Assembly (NCBI GenBank): GCA_967755055.1
Contig: CBRAFL010000001.1
Location: forward strand, 1-44,016
DNA length: 44,016 bases
From: an uncultured bacterium
Lineage (GTDB): Bacteria; Verrucomicrobiota; Verrucomicrobiia; Opitutales; Opitutaceae
Direction of reading: 5' to 3'
The stretch's first letter is position 1. The number at the start of each line of letters is the position of its first letter. Positions 1 to 7,605 of this stretch are shown in pieces. The notes beneath the pieces are model-generated. The model ran no database searches and was not told the origin of the DNA. It saw nothing but the letters and a program-made list of their open reading frames with translations. The position numbers and the translations under genes are program-made.

Positions 1-283
1 TCTCGCCGATGAGAATATAGGCCTCAACGTTCTTGATCCGATCGGCGGTTGAGCTTGGCGCTGAGCGGTTGTACGGCGCGGGGTGCGTGTCGCCCATTCG
101 GATAAACTGGCGCGTTCAAGCGCGGACCGAAGGGCGCTGACTACGTTTTTTTACGCATTTTCGTGGCCGCGCCTTTGCACGAAATTCGCGCAGTGGTGAT
201 TAGCTCCTTGAACCCAATTCATTTGAAATCACTAATGATCTTGCATCCACAAGTGACCACGAAATCCATACTTACGCGTGTAT

Positions 284-334
284 CCATAACATTGTTATGC
301 TGCACTGTCGTCGCCGTATAATAGACTGTTAGGC
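284..334 (+). other. Putative attI recombination site
   Basis: GTATAAT (316-322), 5-bp spacer AGACT, core GTTAGGC (328-334) just before the first cassette ATG at 340; upstream palindrome CATAACA-T-TGTTATG (285-299); no attC hairpin here. Confidence 0.65.
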
Positions 335-339
335 GAAGT

Positions 340-843
340 ATGACGATCAACTGCCAAGTTACCCTCGACGACTACGTGAAAGCGCATCGTCTCGCGCATC
401 GCCCACGACCATGGTTGCGCATGGCTATGTGGACTGTCGCGATTGTCTACGTCGTATTTGCTGTGACGATGACCTGGGCTTGGATCTCGTCCGGGACTGC
501 CGAGTTTTCGAATTGGTTGGTACTGTTTCTCGGCCCTTATTTCGCGGCGCTTTACTTCGTGTGGTTACCGGCGCGCGTTAAGAAGCTGTACCTTCAGCAG
601 AAGGGCCCAAAAGAGTTCAACGCGGAAATTCGCGCAGACGCGGTGCGACTTACTTCCGAGCGTGGAGACGTCACTTTGCCACTTGTTGAGCTGCATAAGT
701 GGAAGAAGAACTCGGACATGGTTCTTCTCTTTCACTCAGATGCGTTGTACCACATTTTCGCGAGGAGATGGTTCTCATCGAATGCAGACTTCGAACGGTT
801 TCACTCAATTCTGGAAACCGCACTCGGTCCCGGAAAGCCATGA
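340..843 (+). CDS. Cassette 1: YcxB-like membrane protein
   Basis: Two TM segments followed by a C-terminal domain typical of the YcxB family (LTSERGDVTLP..KWKKNSDMVLLF..HIFARRWF). Confidence 0.7.
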   Translation: MTINCQVTLDDYVKAHRLAHRPRPWLRMAMWTVAIVYVVFAVTMTWAWISSGTAEFSNWLVLFLGPYFAALYFVWLPARVKKLYLQQKGPKEFNAEIRADAVRLTSERGDVTLPLVELHKWKKNSDMVLLFHSDALYHIFARRWFSSNADFERFHSILETALGPGKP

Positions 844-847
844 AAGT

Positions 848-944
848 GTCGAACTCGTCAGAACCACTGCGTATGTCTGTCACGCCTCGTGCAGAGCCAC
901 CAGTCGCGCCAGCCACTCGCATGGCTCACCTTGGAACGTTGGCA
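848..944 (+). other. attC-like site 1
   Basis: GTCGAAC ... TCAGAACCA ... shared 22-mer ... TGGCTCACC ... GTTGGCA. Confidence 0.75.
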
Positions 945-950
945 AAATTT

Positions 951-1301
951 ATGATCCTCCGACCTATGGCTCGTGATATGTTTGCAGTGGCGCTGTTAGC
1001 GGTGCCGCTTTGGCTGTGCGGATGCGTCGCCGGTGACGTGTCGCACCGTGACGACGGAAAGCGTGCAGCGGCCATTGGAGGAGCGAAGGAGTCGGGGCTG
1101 TACGAAGTGCGGGTTAACGAAGCGACGCAGCGGTTGATTCGCGAGCATCCGGAGATGTCGAGAAAGGAAGCTTACCGGCAGGCGCGAGCTTCGGTTCCAG
1201 CGGACATCAGTAATACCGAGACAGCGGCGGAGCGAAAGAAGCGACTGAATGCGGAGGTTCAGGATAAGTTTGAGGACGACCTTGCTAAGCTGGATAAATG
1301 A
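951..1301 (+). CDS. Cassette 2: putative lipoprotein (start 951, 966 or 978)
   Basis: Hydrophobic signal with LCGC lipobox-like motif; the longer track ORF (from 699) runs through attC1 and is likely overextended. Confidence 0.6.
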   Translation: MILRPMARDMFAVALLAVPLWLCGCVAGDVSHRDDGKRAAAIGGAKESGLYEVRVNEATQRLIREHPEMSRKEAYRQARASVPADISNTETAAERKKRLNAEVQDKFEDDLAKLDK

Positions 1302-1309
1302 AAAAGCCG

Positions 1310-1407
1310 GACCAACAGTCGTCAGAGCCCACGACGACATCGGTCACGCCTCGTGCAGAGCCACGAGTCGCGCCAGTTGGCGTCGTGGCTCACCTGTAAC
1401 GTTGATC
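1310..1407 (+). other. attC-like site 2
   Basis: GACCAAC; stems GAGCC/GGCTC, ACGACG/CGTCGT and CTCGTG/CACGAG; core GTTGATC. Confidence 0.85.
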
Positions 1408-1418
1408 TAGCCTTTAAA

Positions 1419-1847
1419 ATGAAAATGGAAAATGCGATTTCCGCCATACGCGCAGCATTTGTGTGTGGAATCATTTCCACCTTGTTGACGTTGCTCGTCA
1501 CCTTGCTGGCTTTGTCGCGGGGCAGCCTCAATTTCGCAACCATCGACTTCTCGGCTTGGACGTTTATTGATGTCGCACTATTGGCGGGATTCACCATCGG
1601 TCTTTTTTTCAAGAGCCGCACGAGCGCGATATTGATGCTCTTATATTTTGCCTTCACCAAATACGTCCAAGTGTCGCGCGGACTGAATTTCTTTTCGATT
1701 ATCACTGGTGCGTTGTTTTTGTATTTTTACGTCCAAGGCGTCCGTGGAACGCTCGCTTATCACCGCTTGAAAAAGAAGGAGGCTAAACAGTCGTCAGAGC
1801 CAACGGCCGCAACGGCCGTGGCTCATATTGAACGTCTGAGCAAATGA
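1419..1847 (+). CDS. Cassette 3: 4-TM membrane protein; reading frame runs through attC3
   Basis: About four hydrophobic segments; C-terminus EAKQSSEPTAATAVAHIER is translated attC sequence. Confidence 0.75.
   Translation: MKMENAISAIRAAFVCGIISTLLTLLVTLLALSRGSLNFATIDFSAWTFIDVALLAGFTIGLFFKSRTSAILMLLYFAFTKYVQVSRGLNFFSIITGALFLYFYVQGVRGTLAYHRLKKKEAKQSSEPTAATAVAHIERLSK
1782..1840 (+). other. attC-like site 3 (short, 59 bp; core GTC instead of GTT)
   Basis: GCTAAAC; stem GAGCC(A)ACGGCCG-CAA-CGGCCGT-GGCTC with an extrahelical A; GTCTGAG. Confidence 0.75.
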
Positions 1848-2380
1848 AGACATTCGCGGCGCTCTTCTTGACAGTATTGCTTTTCGGTTGCGCCCATCAG
1901 AATTGGATTTGCGAGGGCGGTCAGGATTCGTACCTGACTGGAGACGCCGAAGAATTTCGCGTGAACTTCAGGGACGACCACATTCTAAAGTCCGACGTGA
2001 TATTGATTGGGTCGATGCAATTGGGGCGACGTGCGGTGTTGCACCGCGTGAAGTTGGTGAGCGACGAGAAGCCCGTTCAGAGTTCGACGCCGGGTGACGA
2101 TCGATCGATGGTTATCGTCTCTGCGCGCTTGGATTCGAACGAGGTTTTTGAGGAGATTGAAATTGCGATTGAGCATGGCGTGTCGGGCTCGAAAGATTAC
2201 TCGCGCGACCTACTATTTAGAGCGTCAGGTTTCCGTGGCATTGCCTCGATCGAGCCGACTGAGTGTGATGGCGCGATCGAAGGCGCTCGTTTGGTCCTCA
2301 ATTTTAAGCGCGATCGAGAGTGGTTTCGCCTTGAATCCCAGGTGACGCGTATTCCGGAAAAACGGCCCAACCAAAAATGA
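1844..2380 (+). CDS. Cassette 4: putative lipoprotein
   Basis: MKTFAALFLTVLLFGC lipobox; ends KRPNQK on the inverse core GCCCAAC (2365-2371). Confidence 0.7.
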   Translation: MKTFAALFLTVLLFGCAHQNWICEGGQDSYLTGDAEEFRVNFRDDHILKSDVILIGSMQLGRRAVLHRVKLVSDEKPVQSSTPGDDRSMVIVSARLDSNEVFEEIEIAIEHGVSGSKDYSRDLLFRASGFRGIASIEPTECDGAIEGARLVLNFKRDREWFRLESQVTRIPEKRPNQK

Positions 2381-2877
2381 CGATTCGCTACAGTATTACG
2401 CGTTGGGATTTGATAAGAGCTCAGTGGCACATGTTGCGATACAACCGAGCACTCTGGTACAGCGTGGCCGTATTGACGCTGTTCATTATCTATTCGAGTT
2501 TCACGTATTCCGGGGTCAGCGACAAGTCGGTTACCTTTCGGATAATCTACACGCTCCTCTATCTTTTCTTCGCGCTTGGTGTCGGCGCTATAAGTGGGAT
2601 GTCCGTCGCGGCACTGAGTGTTGTCCTCGGAAAAGGAAAGGGATCGGTAGGAGAGCACCGATTAACTCTGACTGATGAAGGATTGGAAGAGAGCACTGCA
2701 TTTAATCGATCAATGAATACATGGGCCGGGATGCGTGGCATTAAAGAGTCGCGAGGCTTCTTTTTTGTTTACGTCAGTGACAATGGCGCGCACGTCATCT
2801 CGAAAAAGAGGCCGCTTTTCGAAGGCGACCTCCCGAGTTTCATTGGGGAATGCAAGGCGAGAATCAGAAATGCGTGA
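2377..2877 (+). CDS. Cassette 5: YcxB-like membrane protein
   Basis: Two TM segments + GEHRLTLTDEGLEEST..W..I.ES..FFFVY..AHVISK, the YcxB-like pattern; ATGA overlap with previous stop. Confidence 0.75.
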   Translation: MTIRYSITRWDLIRAQWHMLRYNRALWYSVAVLTLFIIYSSFTYSGVSDKSVTFRIIYTLLYLFFALGVGAISGMSVAALSVVLGKGKGSVGEHRLTLTDEGLEESTAFNRSMNTWAGMRGIKESRGFFFVYVSDNGAHVISKKRPLFEGDLPSFIGECKARIRNA

Positions 2878-2963
2878 CTCTGTCTTCAGAGCCAATATGT
2901 GTGTCCGTCACGCCTCGTGCAGAGCCACGAGTCGCGGCAGCCAAGGTCGCGGTAACGTTCGTC
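2872..2963 (+). other. attC-like site 5 (degenerate; right-arm GGCTCACC mostly missing)
   Basis: GCGTGAC, TCAGAGCCA, shared 22-mer at 2907, TAAC-GTTCGTC. Confidence 0.7.
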
Positions 2964-2981
2964 AAAAAAGAGGACTACTAA

Positions 2982-3299
2982 ATGACGTGGATTCCAATTA
3001 TCGCCTGCGTTATTTTCGTCGCAGGCTTGATTACGTCGGTGCTTATGCTTCGGCGGTGGTTTGCAGAGGTGGCCGAGACTTCGAATGAAAGTGAAAACGG
3101 CGCATCGTGGATGCCGGGAATTCCGCACAATTCGAATCCCACCGTCGGAATCGACCTAAGCCAAGGCCAGCAAGGAGATTGTTTGTCCGGCCACGACGCT
3201 AGCTATCACCACCACCACCACCACCACGATTCCGGAGGCCATCATGGATGTCACGATTCTGGCAGCTTTGATGCCGGAGGTCATGGCGGACATCACTGA
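2982..3299 (+). CDS. Cassette 6: single-TM protein with His/Gly-rich tail
   Basis: N-terminal TM; (CAC)7 at 3207-3227; AGGA upstream of the start. Confidence 0.7.
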   Translation: MTWIPIIACVIFVAGLITSVLMLRRWFAEVAETSNESENGASWMPGIPHNSNPTVGIDLSQGQQGDCLSGHDASYHHHHHHHDSGGHHGCHDSGSFDAGGHGGHH

Positions 3300-3306
3300 A
3301 CGCTGA

Positions 3307-3396
3307 GCCGAACTCGTCCTACGGCACAACGCGATGAGTCGGCCCTTTTCTGTTTTCGAGAGTCGCTCATCGCGTGGGTGACCTGGATCGTTGAGG
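3307..3396 (+). other. attC-like site 6 (different subtype)
   Basis: GCCGAAC; perfect stem ACGCGATGAG/CTCATCGCGT; GTTGAGG. Confidence 0.7.
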
Positions 3397-3405
3397 TGAA
3401 GAAGG

Positions 3406-3951
3406 ATGGATTCGTTCACTACTATCTTCGAGATATCTGGCGACGTGAATGGGATTCGCACCGAGTCCTTCTTTCGAATCGCCATCGGCGTTGGTGCGCT
3501 TGCGAGTGGCGCCATCGGCCTCTTCAGGTGCCTCACAAAGAAGGAACGATCGCGAAAGGATTGGATCGGCCCTATTTTCCTGACCGTATGGGGACTTCTT
3601 TGGTTAGCATTCCATGTTCCTGTTTTCGTTTCCATCGAGAGCGCGAAGAATGGTTTGTTGGCGCGTTATCACGGGAACCAATTCGATGTGGTAGAAGGCG
3701 TGGTCGAAGTGAAACATCAGCAGCCAGCCTCCGGCCACTCTAAGGGAGATGTCGTTGTTGTTGGAGGCAGAGAGTTTGAAGTGAATTTCTTCACCGTCAG
3801 TCCCAGCTACACGAAGACGATTTCACACGGCGGCGCGCTCAAGCCGGGAGCCTATGCACGTTTGAGTTACGTGGATGGCACGATTTTGAAAGTTGAAATC
3901 CGAACTCCGCCTAACTCGTCAGAGCCAGCAACGCACGGGCTCAGGCCGTAA
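3406..3951 (+). CDS. Cassette 7: 2-TM protein with a beta-rich C-terminal domain
   Basis: Two hydrophobic segments; C-terminus PPNSSEPA is translated attC sequence. Confidence 0.75.
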   Translation: MDSFTTIFEISGDVNGIRTESFFRIAIGVGALASGAIGLFRCLTKKERSRKDWIGPIFLTVWGLLWLAFHVPVFVSIESAKNGLLARYHGNQFDVVEGVVEVKHQQPASGHSKGDVVVVGGREFEVNFFTVSPSYTKTISHGGALKPGAYARLSYVDGTILKVEIRTPPNSSEPATHGLRP

Positions 3952-4042
3952 TTCGCATGCGCCTTCTCCGCCCAACATCGCTCGTAGTTCGAAAGGGTTC
4001 ACCGAACGCTCGCCCGCGCGCGGCTCACCTGAAGACTACGCC
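3909..4042 (+). other. attC-like site 7 (long; GTT core lost)
   Basis: Perfect GCCTAAC, TCAGAGCC, GGCTCACCT at 4022-4030, then GAAGACTACGCC instead of GTTRRRY. Confidence 0.6.
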
Positions 4043-4120
4043 ATCCGGGGTCCGTAGCCGCACCATGGCATGCGGAAAGACCGACACGATGACTCGTGCT
4101 GCAGTCGTGGTGCGTTCGTT

Positions 4121-4164
4121 CATCCTTGCACCATCCTAGCACCATCCTAGCATCATCCTGGCAT
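4121..4164. repeat. 4 x 11-bp tandem repeat CATCCTDGCAY
   Basis: catccttgcac catcctagcac catcctagcat catcctggcat. Confidence 0.85.
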
Positions 4165-4354
4165 CTGCCGGCGAGTGGTCTGCTGGAGGGCGCTGCTCTG
4201 TCAGCGCCGTTCACGTTGAACCAAGCTGCGACGGAGCGTAGACATCCATTTCGATGCAGCCTCGGCTGCAAAACGCGTGTTGCTATGGACGGGAAAAAAA
4301 CAGGCTCGAATTTCGTTCGACAACTCCAGTTTCGCTCAGAGGCGAGGGGGAGTT

Positions 4355-4439
4355 TGGTGCCCGGGGTGGGGGTCGAACCCACAAGACTTGCGTCGGTAGA
4401 TTTTGAGTCTACTGCGTCTGCCAATTCCGCCACCCGGGC
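4355..4439 (-). tRNA. tRNA-Leu (anticodon CAA)
   Basis: GCCCGGGTGGCGGAATTGGCAGACGCA-GTAGA CTCAAAA TCTAC-long variable arm-GGTTCGACCCC..CCGGGCACCA. Confidence 0.97.
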
Positions 4440-4560
4440 GATGTGAAGCGGTGAAGCTAGGAGGTCCTTAACGCTTGTAAACTTGAAATTCTGAGGTTCG
4501 CAAATCGCGTCGCTGCCGGGGCGTTTGGTTTTCGCAGCGCCGAGGACCACCGAGGATCCG

Positions 4561-4752
4561 GGTAGCGGCAGGCCTCCGTGCCTGCTGTTCCGAAGATCGG
4601 AGTTCGGAGATCGCGATCGGAGATCGGAGTTCGGAGATCGGAATTCGGAAATCGGACGACACGGAGGTCGTCCCTCCGTCGGCCGAGTTTCGAACACCGA
4701 ACACCGATCTTCGATCTCCGATCCCGGTAGGCACGGAGGCGCTGCCGCTACC
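4561..4752. repeat. REPIN-like element: inverted GTAG-type REPs enclosing heptamer repeats
   Basis: GTAGCGGCAGGCCTCCGTGCCT ... AGGCACGGAGGCGCTGCCGCTAC; internal TCGGAGA/TCGGAGT heptamers and their reverse complements. Confidence 0.85.
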
Positions 4753-4769
4753 CAGTCGACCGGCTCGAA

Positions 4770-6260
4770 TTATTCTTTATCGAGCGTCACGTGATGCACA
4801 GCGAGCGTGCGGCCGATTTCTCGATCGTAGATGGCGTGGGCGCGGCGTTCGTCGGCGAGAGCGTTTTGAAGGCTGTTCTCCGCCGAGATGAGTTCGCCCT
4901 GAAGGTTGAGGACGACGAACGTGCTGCTGCTGCCCGCGCGAAGTTTTTTCAACTCTCCGTCGAGTGCCTGTTTGGCGAGATCGTAGGCGGCGCGATTCGC
5001 GGCGACGCGCTGACGCGTGGTTTCGATCTGGCCCGCGGCGCTCGCAATGCTCACCGCGATGTCTTGCTCGAGACGAACCAAGTCAGCTTCCGATTGACGA
5101 AGTTGGAGCTTGGCTGATCTTGCCCGCCCGCGGCCTTCGGCGAAGGTGAGCGGCACGCTGACCACCACGCCGGCGGAGTAGGAACGGTTTTCGTGGTTCG
5201 ACACCATCTGGCGACTCACTGAGAAATTCCGATCAAGGCCATTGTATCCGTAGCTGCCGACAAAATCGACCTGCGGCAGGAGCTGATTGCGCGCAGCAGA
5301 TGCATTCGCGCGGCGCTTCACGAGGCCAAGTCGGGCGGCTTGGTAGTCGGGGCGATCATTGAGGGCTTTCTTGAGATCTTCCGCCGGGTTCACCGCGACT
5401 TCGTCGGGAATATCCGTGGGTTCGATCACGAGCGCCTCGGGGTCGACTGGAAAAGCGGTTTCGCCGATGAGCTGGCGGAGGCGATTGACGGCGTCGCGGA
5501 CGGCTTGGCGGGCAACGAGAATGAATTCGTCGCGCGTGGCGGTGCGCGCACGAGCTTGCGTGACGTCGCTTTCGGAAATGCTTCCAACCTTGAAACGCTT
5601 TTCGTTTTCATCGAGCAGGCCCGCCGCGAGATCGTGTGAGCGTTGCGCGATGCGCAGGAGTTGCTGGGCGTAGGTGACATCGCTGTACGCGGTGATCACA
5701 TTCGTCACGAGGTTCATCGCGGTCTGTCGAAACTGCCAGTCGGCGATGCCGCGATCCGCTTTCGCGATGCGAACGCCCAAAAGGTTTGGACCGAACCCGA
5801 AGCCCTTCAGCAGCGGTTGAGTGATGGTGATGCCGCCGAACGTGGCGAAGCTGTCCGTGTAACCATTTTGCGGATAGCGTTGATTTTGCGCGCTGCCGCC
5901 GAGGCTGTAGTTCATGCCCCACGGCGTCGTGCCTTCAAATGCCAGGCTGTAGTCGTCGGTTTTGATGAGGTCGGCGACGATCACGTTGGAAGAGGCGAGC
6001 GAGCTATCTTCACGGTAGCTTCGGCGAAACGTAAGCGCCGGATCGAAATGGCCGAGGGCGGTCAGCAGATCGGCGCGTGCGATGGAGCGGCCGAATGCCT
6101 CGACTTTGATTTGCGGATTTTTTTCCAGCGCGAGGCGAACAGCATCGTCGAGCGTGAGCGTGACGTCCCCTCGGGCGGTTGCAGCGATCGCTAACAAGGC
6201 GAAAAGGGTGAGACGAAATAGCCGAATTGGGAGGGTTGAGTTTGGCTGGGTAGCGAGCAC
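4770..6260 (-). CDS. TolC-family outer membrane efflux protein
   Basis: Signal peptide, LTLDDAVRLALEKNP, two OEP repeats (ITQPLLKGFG; RPDYQAARL..LLPQVDF), KRFKVG motif. Confidence 0.93.
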   Translation of the reverse strand: MLATQPNSTLPIRLFRLTLFALLAIAATARGDVTLTLDDAVRLALEKNPQIKVEAFGRSIARADLLTALGHFDPALTFRRSYREDSSLASSNVIVADLIKTDDYSLAFEGTTPWGMNYSLGGSAQNQRYPQNGYTDSFATFGGITITQPLLKGFGFGPNLLGVRIAKADRGIADWQFRQTAMNLVTNVITAYSDVTYAQQLLRIAQRSHDLAAGLLDENEKRFKVGSISESDVTQARARTATRDEFILVARQAVRDAVNRLRQLIGETAFPVDPEALVIEPTDIPDEVAVNPAEDLKKALNDRPDYQAARLGLVKRRANASAARNQLLPQVDFVGSYGYNGLDRNFSVSRQMVSNHENRSYSAGVVVSVPLTFAEGRGRARSAKLQLRQSEADLVRLEQDIAVSIASAAGQIETTRQRVAANRAAYDLAKQALDGELKKLRAGSSSTFVVLNLQGELISAENSLQNALADERRAHAIYDREIGRTLAVHHVTLDKE

Positions 6261-6271
6261 GAACGAATGTT

Positions 6272-6287
6272 TGCAAGGGGCATGCCA
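6272..6287 (-). promoter_or_regulatory. sigma54 (-24/-12) promoter for the TolC gene
   Basis: Minus strand TGGCATG-CCCC-TTGCA matches TGGCACG-N4-TTGCW with GG-N10-GC spacing. Confidence 0.75.
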
Positions 6288-6361
6288 TCATCAACGGACT
6301 GTTATAATCTGCTTTGGCCGTGGGGCTTAAAATGTCTCGCGAACTCGGGGCCGGAGGGAGG

Positions 6362-6401
6362 GTGTCCGGCTGCGGAACGATCGTTTCCCAAATTCGGGAA
6401 A
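6362..6401. promoter_or_regulatory. Putative enhancer (bEBP UAS), copy 1
   Basis: TTTCCC-N6-GGGAAA palindrome; 26/40 ungapped identity with 10366-10405 at equivalent distance from a sigma54 box. Confidence 0.6.
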
Positions 6402-6744
6402 TGACTCGGCGGTTCGTATTCGGCTCAGCTGACGTCGCTCAGGGCGAAGCGGATGCACGCCAGGAGACAGCGGCTTGCTCGTTCCAGCGAGTTGGTGCGC
6501 GTTTTCAGTGCCTGCAAAGGGCGAACAATGATCATGAGAGAGGCCGAAATGTTTCCCACGATTGATGGATCACCGGTTTGGATACGCTGGCGAAACAAAC
6601 TCGAAAACGCCGCAGGCCCATACAAGCGGCATGAATACATTTCATCGGGCTGAGGGTTTACGTTCGGTGAACTGGTGTTAGGTTAATTGCGTCCGGTCTC
6701 CCTCTACCCTGTGGAGACATTTCAACGCTTGTTTATTCATCCCC

Positions 6745-7449
6745 ATGTCTACCCAAACAAAATCAAATTCCGCGGTGAAGGGCGTTTTGCTCTTCCTGCT
6801 CGCCATCGGAGTGGCTGTCGCTGCACCTGCACGCGACTGGTCGCAATGGATGTCGCACTACTATGAAGCACCGCAGCCGGACCAAGTCGTTCAGGCGGTG
6901 TTCGCTCTCAGCCAGGAAGGCTACTTTGACCAAGCTGATCACCGCGCGTCTTCGATTGGATTCTTCGCGAGTGTGTTCGCAAAAAATCCTGACCGCGTTG
7001 AAACCTGGATGACGGAATTCCGCTATTTGCCAGCTGCTGATCAGCGGCTGATGGCGGCGGCGTATTGGTATTCAGGTTTACCTGGTGGTGGGGATCGCCT
7101 GCGGAACTTGGCGCGTCGGAGCAGTCCGGAGATTCGCGCTGAGATCAATCAGCTCGCGGCGCAACCGCCGGTCGCAATCCGCGACACTCCAGTTTTGTCG
7201 GAGTCGTCGCTCAACCTGCAATGGGGCGCGTTCCTCGCCACGGGTGAGCAGCAACATATTTTGAATGTGCTGGCAGCGCTAGGCTCAGGTGAACCCGGTC
7301 TCAGCAGCCGCGCACGGTATGCACTGGCGCAAAATGCCACAGCGCATCGCCGGGTTTACGAAATTTGCCAAACCCAACTCGCGCGTCAGCCCGAGGCGGT
7401 ACGTGAGCAGCTCCATGCGGTGCTCCTCGAGGCGCAGCCCAGAATGTAA
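6745..7449 (+). CDS. Secreted hypothetical protein (helical)
   Basis: Signal peptide ending AVAA; 234-aa ORF followed by a terminator. Confidence 0.8.
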   Translation: MSTQTKSNSAVKGVLLFLLAIGVAVAAPARDWSQWMSHYYEAPQPDQVVQAVFALSQEGYFDQADHRASSIGFFASVFAKNPDRVETWMTEFRYLPAADQRLMAAAYWYSGLPGGGDRLRNLARRSSPEIRAEINQLAAQPPVAIRDTPVLSESSLNLQWGAFLATGEQQHILNVLAALGSGEPGLSSRARYALAQNATAHRRVYEICQTQLARQPEAVREQLHAVLLEAQPRM

Positions 7450-7481
7450 CGTCGAACCGATCTTTGATCGGCAGCAGTTTC

Positions 7482-7514
7482 AAATCGGCTCCTCTCAAGG
7501 AGCCGATTTTTTTT
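7482..7514 (+). terminator. Rho-independent terminator
   Basis: AAATCGGCTCCT-CTCA-AGGAGCCGATTT followed by a T run. Confidence 0.85.
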
Positions 7515-7576
7515 GTTGAAAGTTATCTGCGGGATGTGCCACGAAAATAATTCATAATCTACCAGCGTCGGAAACG

Positions 7577-7592
7577 CGGCACATCGATTGCT
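7577..7592 (+). promoter_or_regulatory. Possible sigma54 promoter
   Basis: CGGCACA-TCGA-TTGCT (GG-N10-GC) 13 bp upstream of ATG 7606. Confidence 0.55.
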
Positions 7593-7605
7593 ATGCCTCT
7601 GTTCC

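Larger units (their letters stand above)
284..4042 (+). mobile_element. Integron-type gene cassette array (attI-like site + 7 ORFs separated by attC-like sites); integrase not visible in window
   Basis: Same-strand short ORFs separated by related imperfect palindromes with inverse core ..AAC, TCAGAGCC ... GGCTCAC and GTT core; the 22-mer GTCACGCCTCGTGCAGAGCCAC is identical at 879, 1343 and 2907. Confidence 0.85.

Noticed and set aside
1-283. 5' end of an intI gene on the minus strand
   Set aside because: Open frames (e.g. MGDTHPAPYNRS..) show no recognisable integrase sequence; too short to call
699-950. N-terminal extension of the 699-1301 ORF (and 1353-1418 of the next)
   Set aside because: Overlaps the previous gene or attC; better starts follow the GTT core
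848-2963. Recurring 22-mer as a CRISPR repeat
   Set aside because: Copies are separated by whole genes and sit inside attC-like hairpins; no cas genes or regular spacers
3999-4794. ORFs 3999-4697, 4468-4734 and 4525-4794
   Set aside because: Translations of the tRNA and heptamer REPIN (SEFGDR/SPNSDLR repeats)
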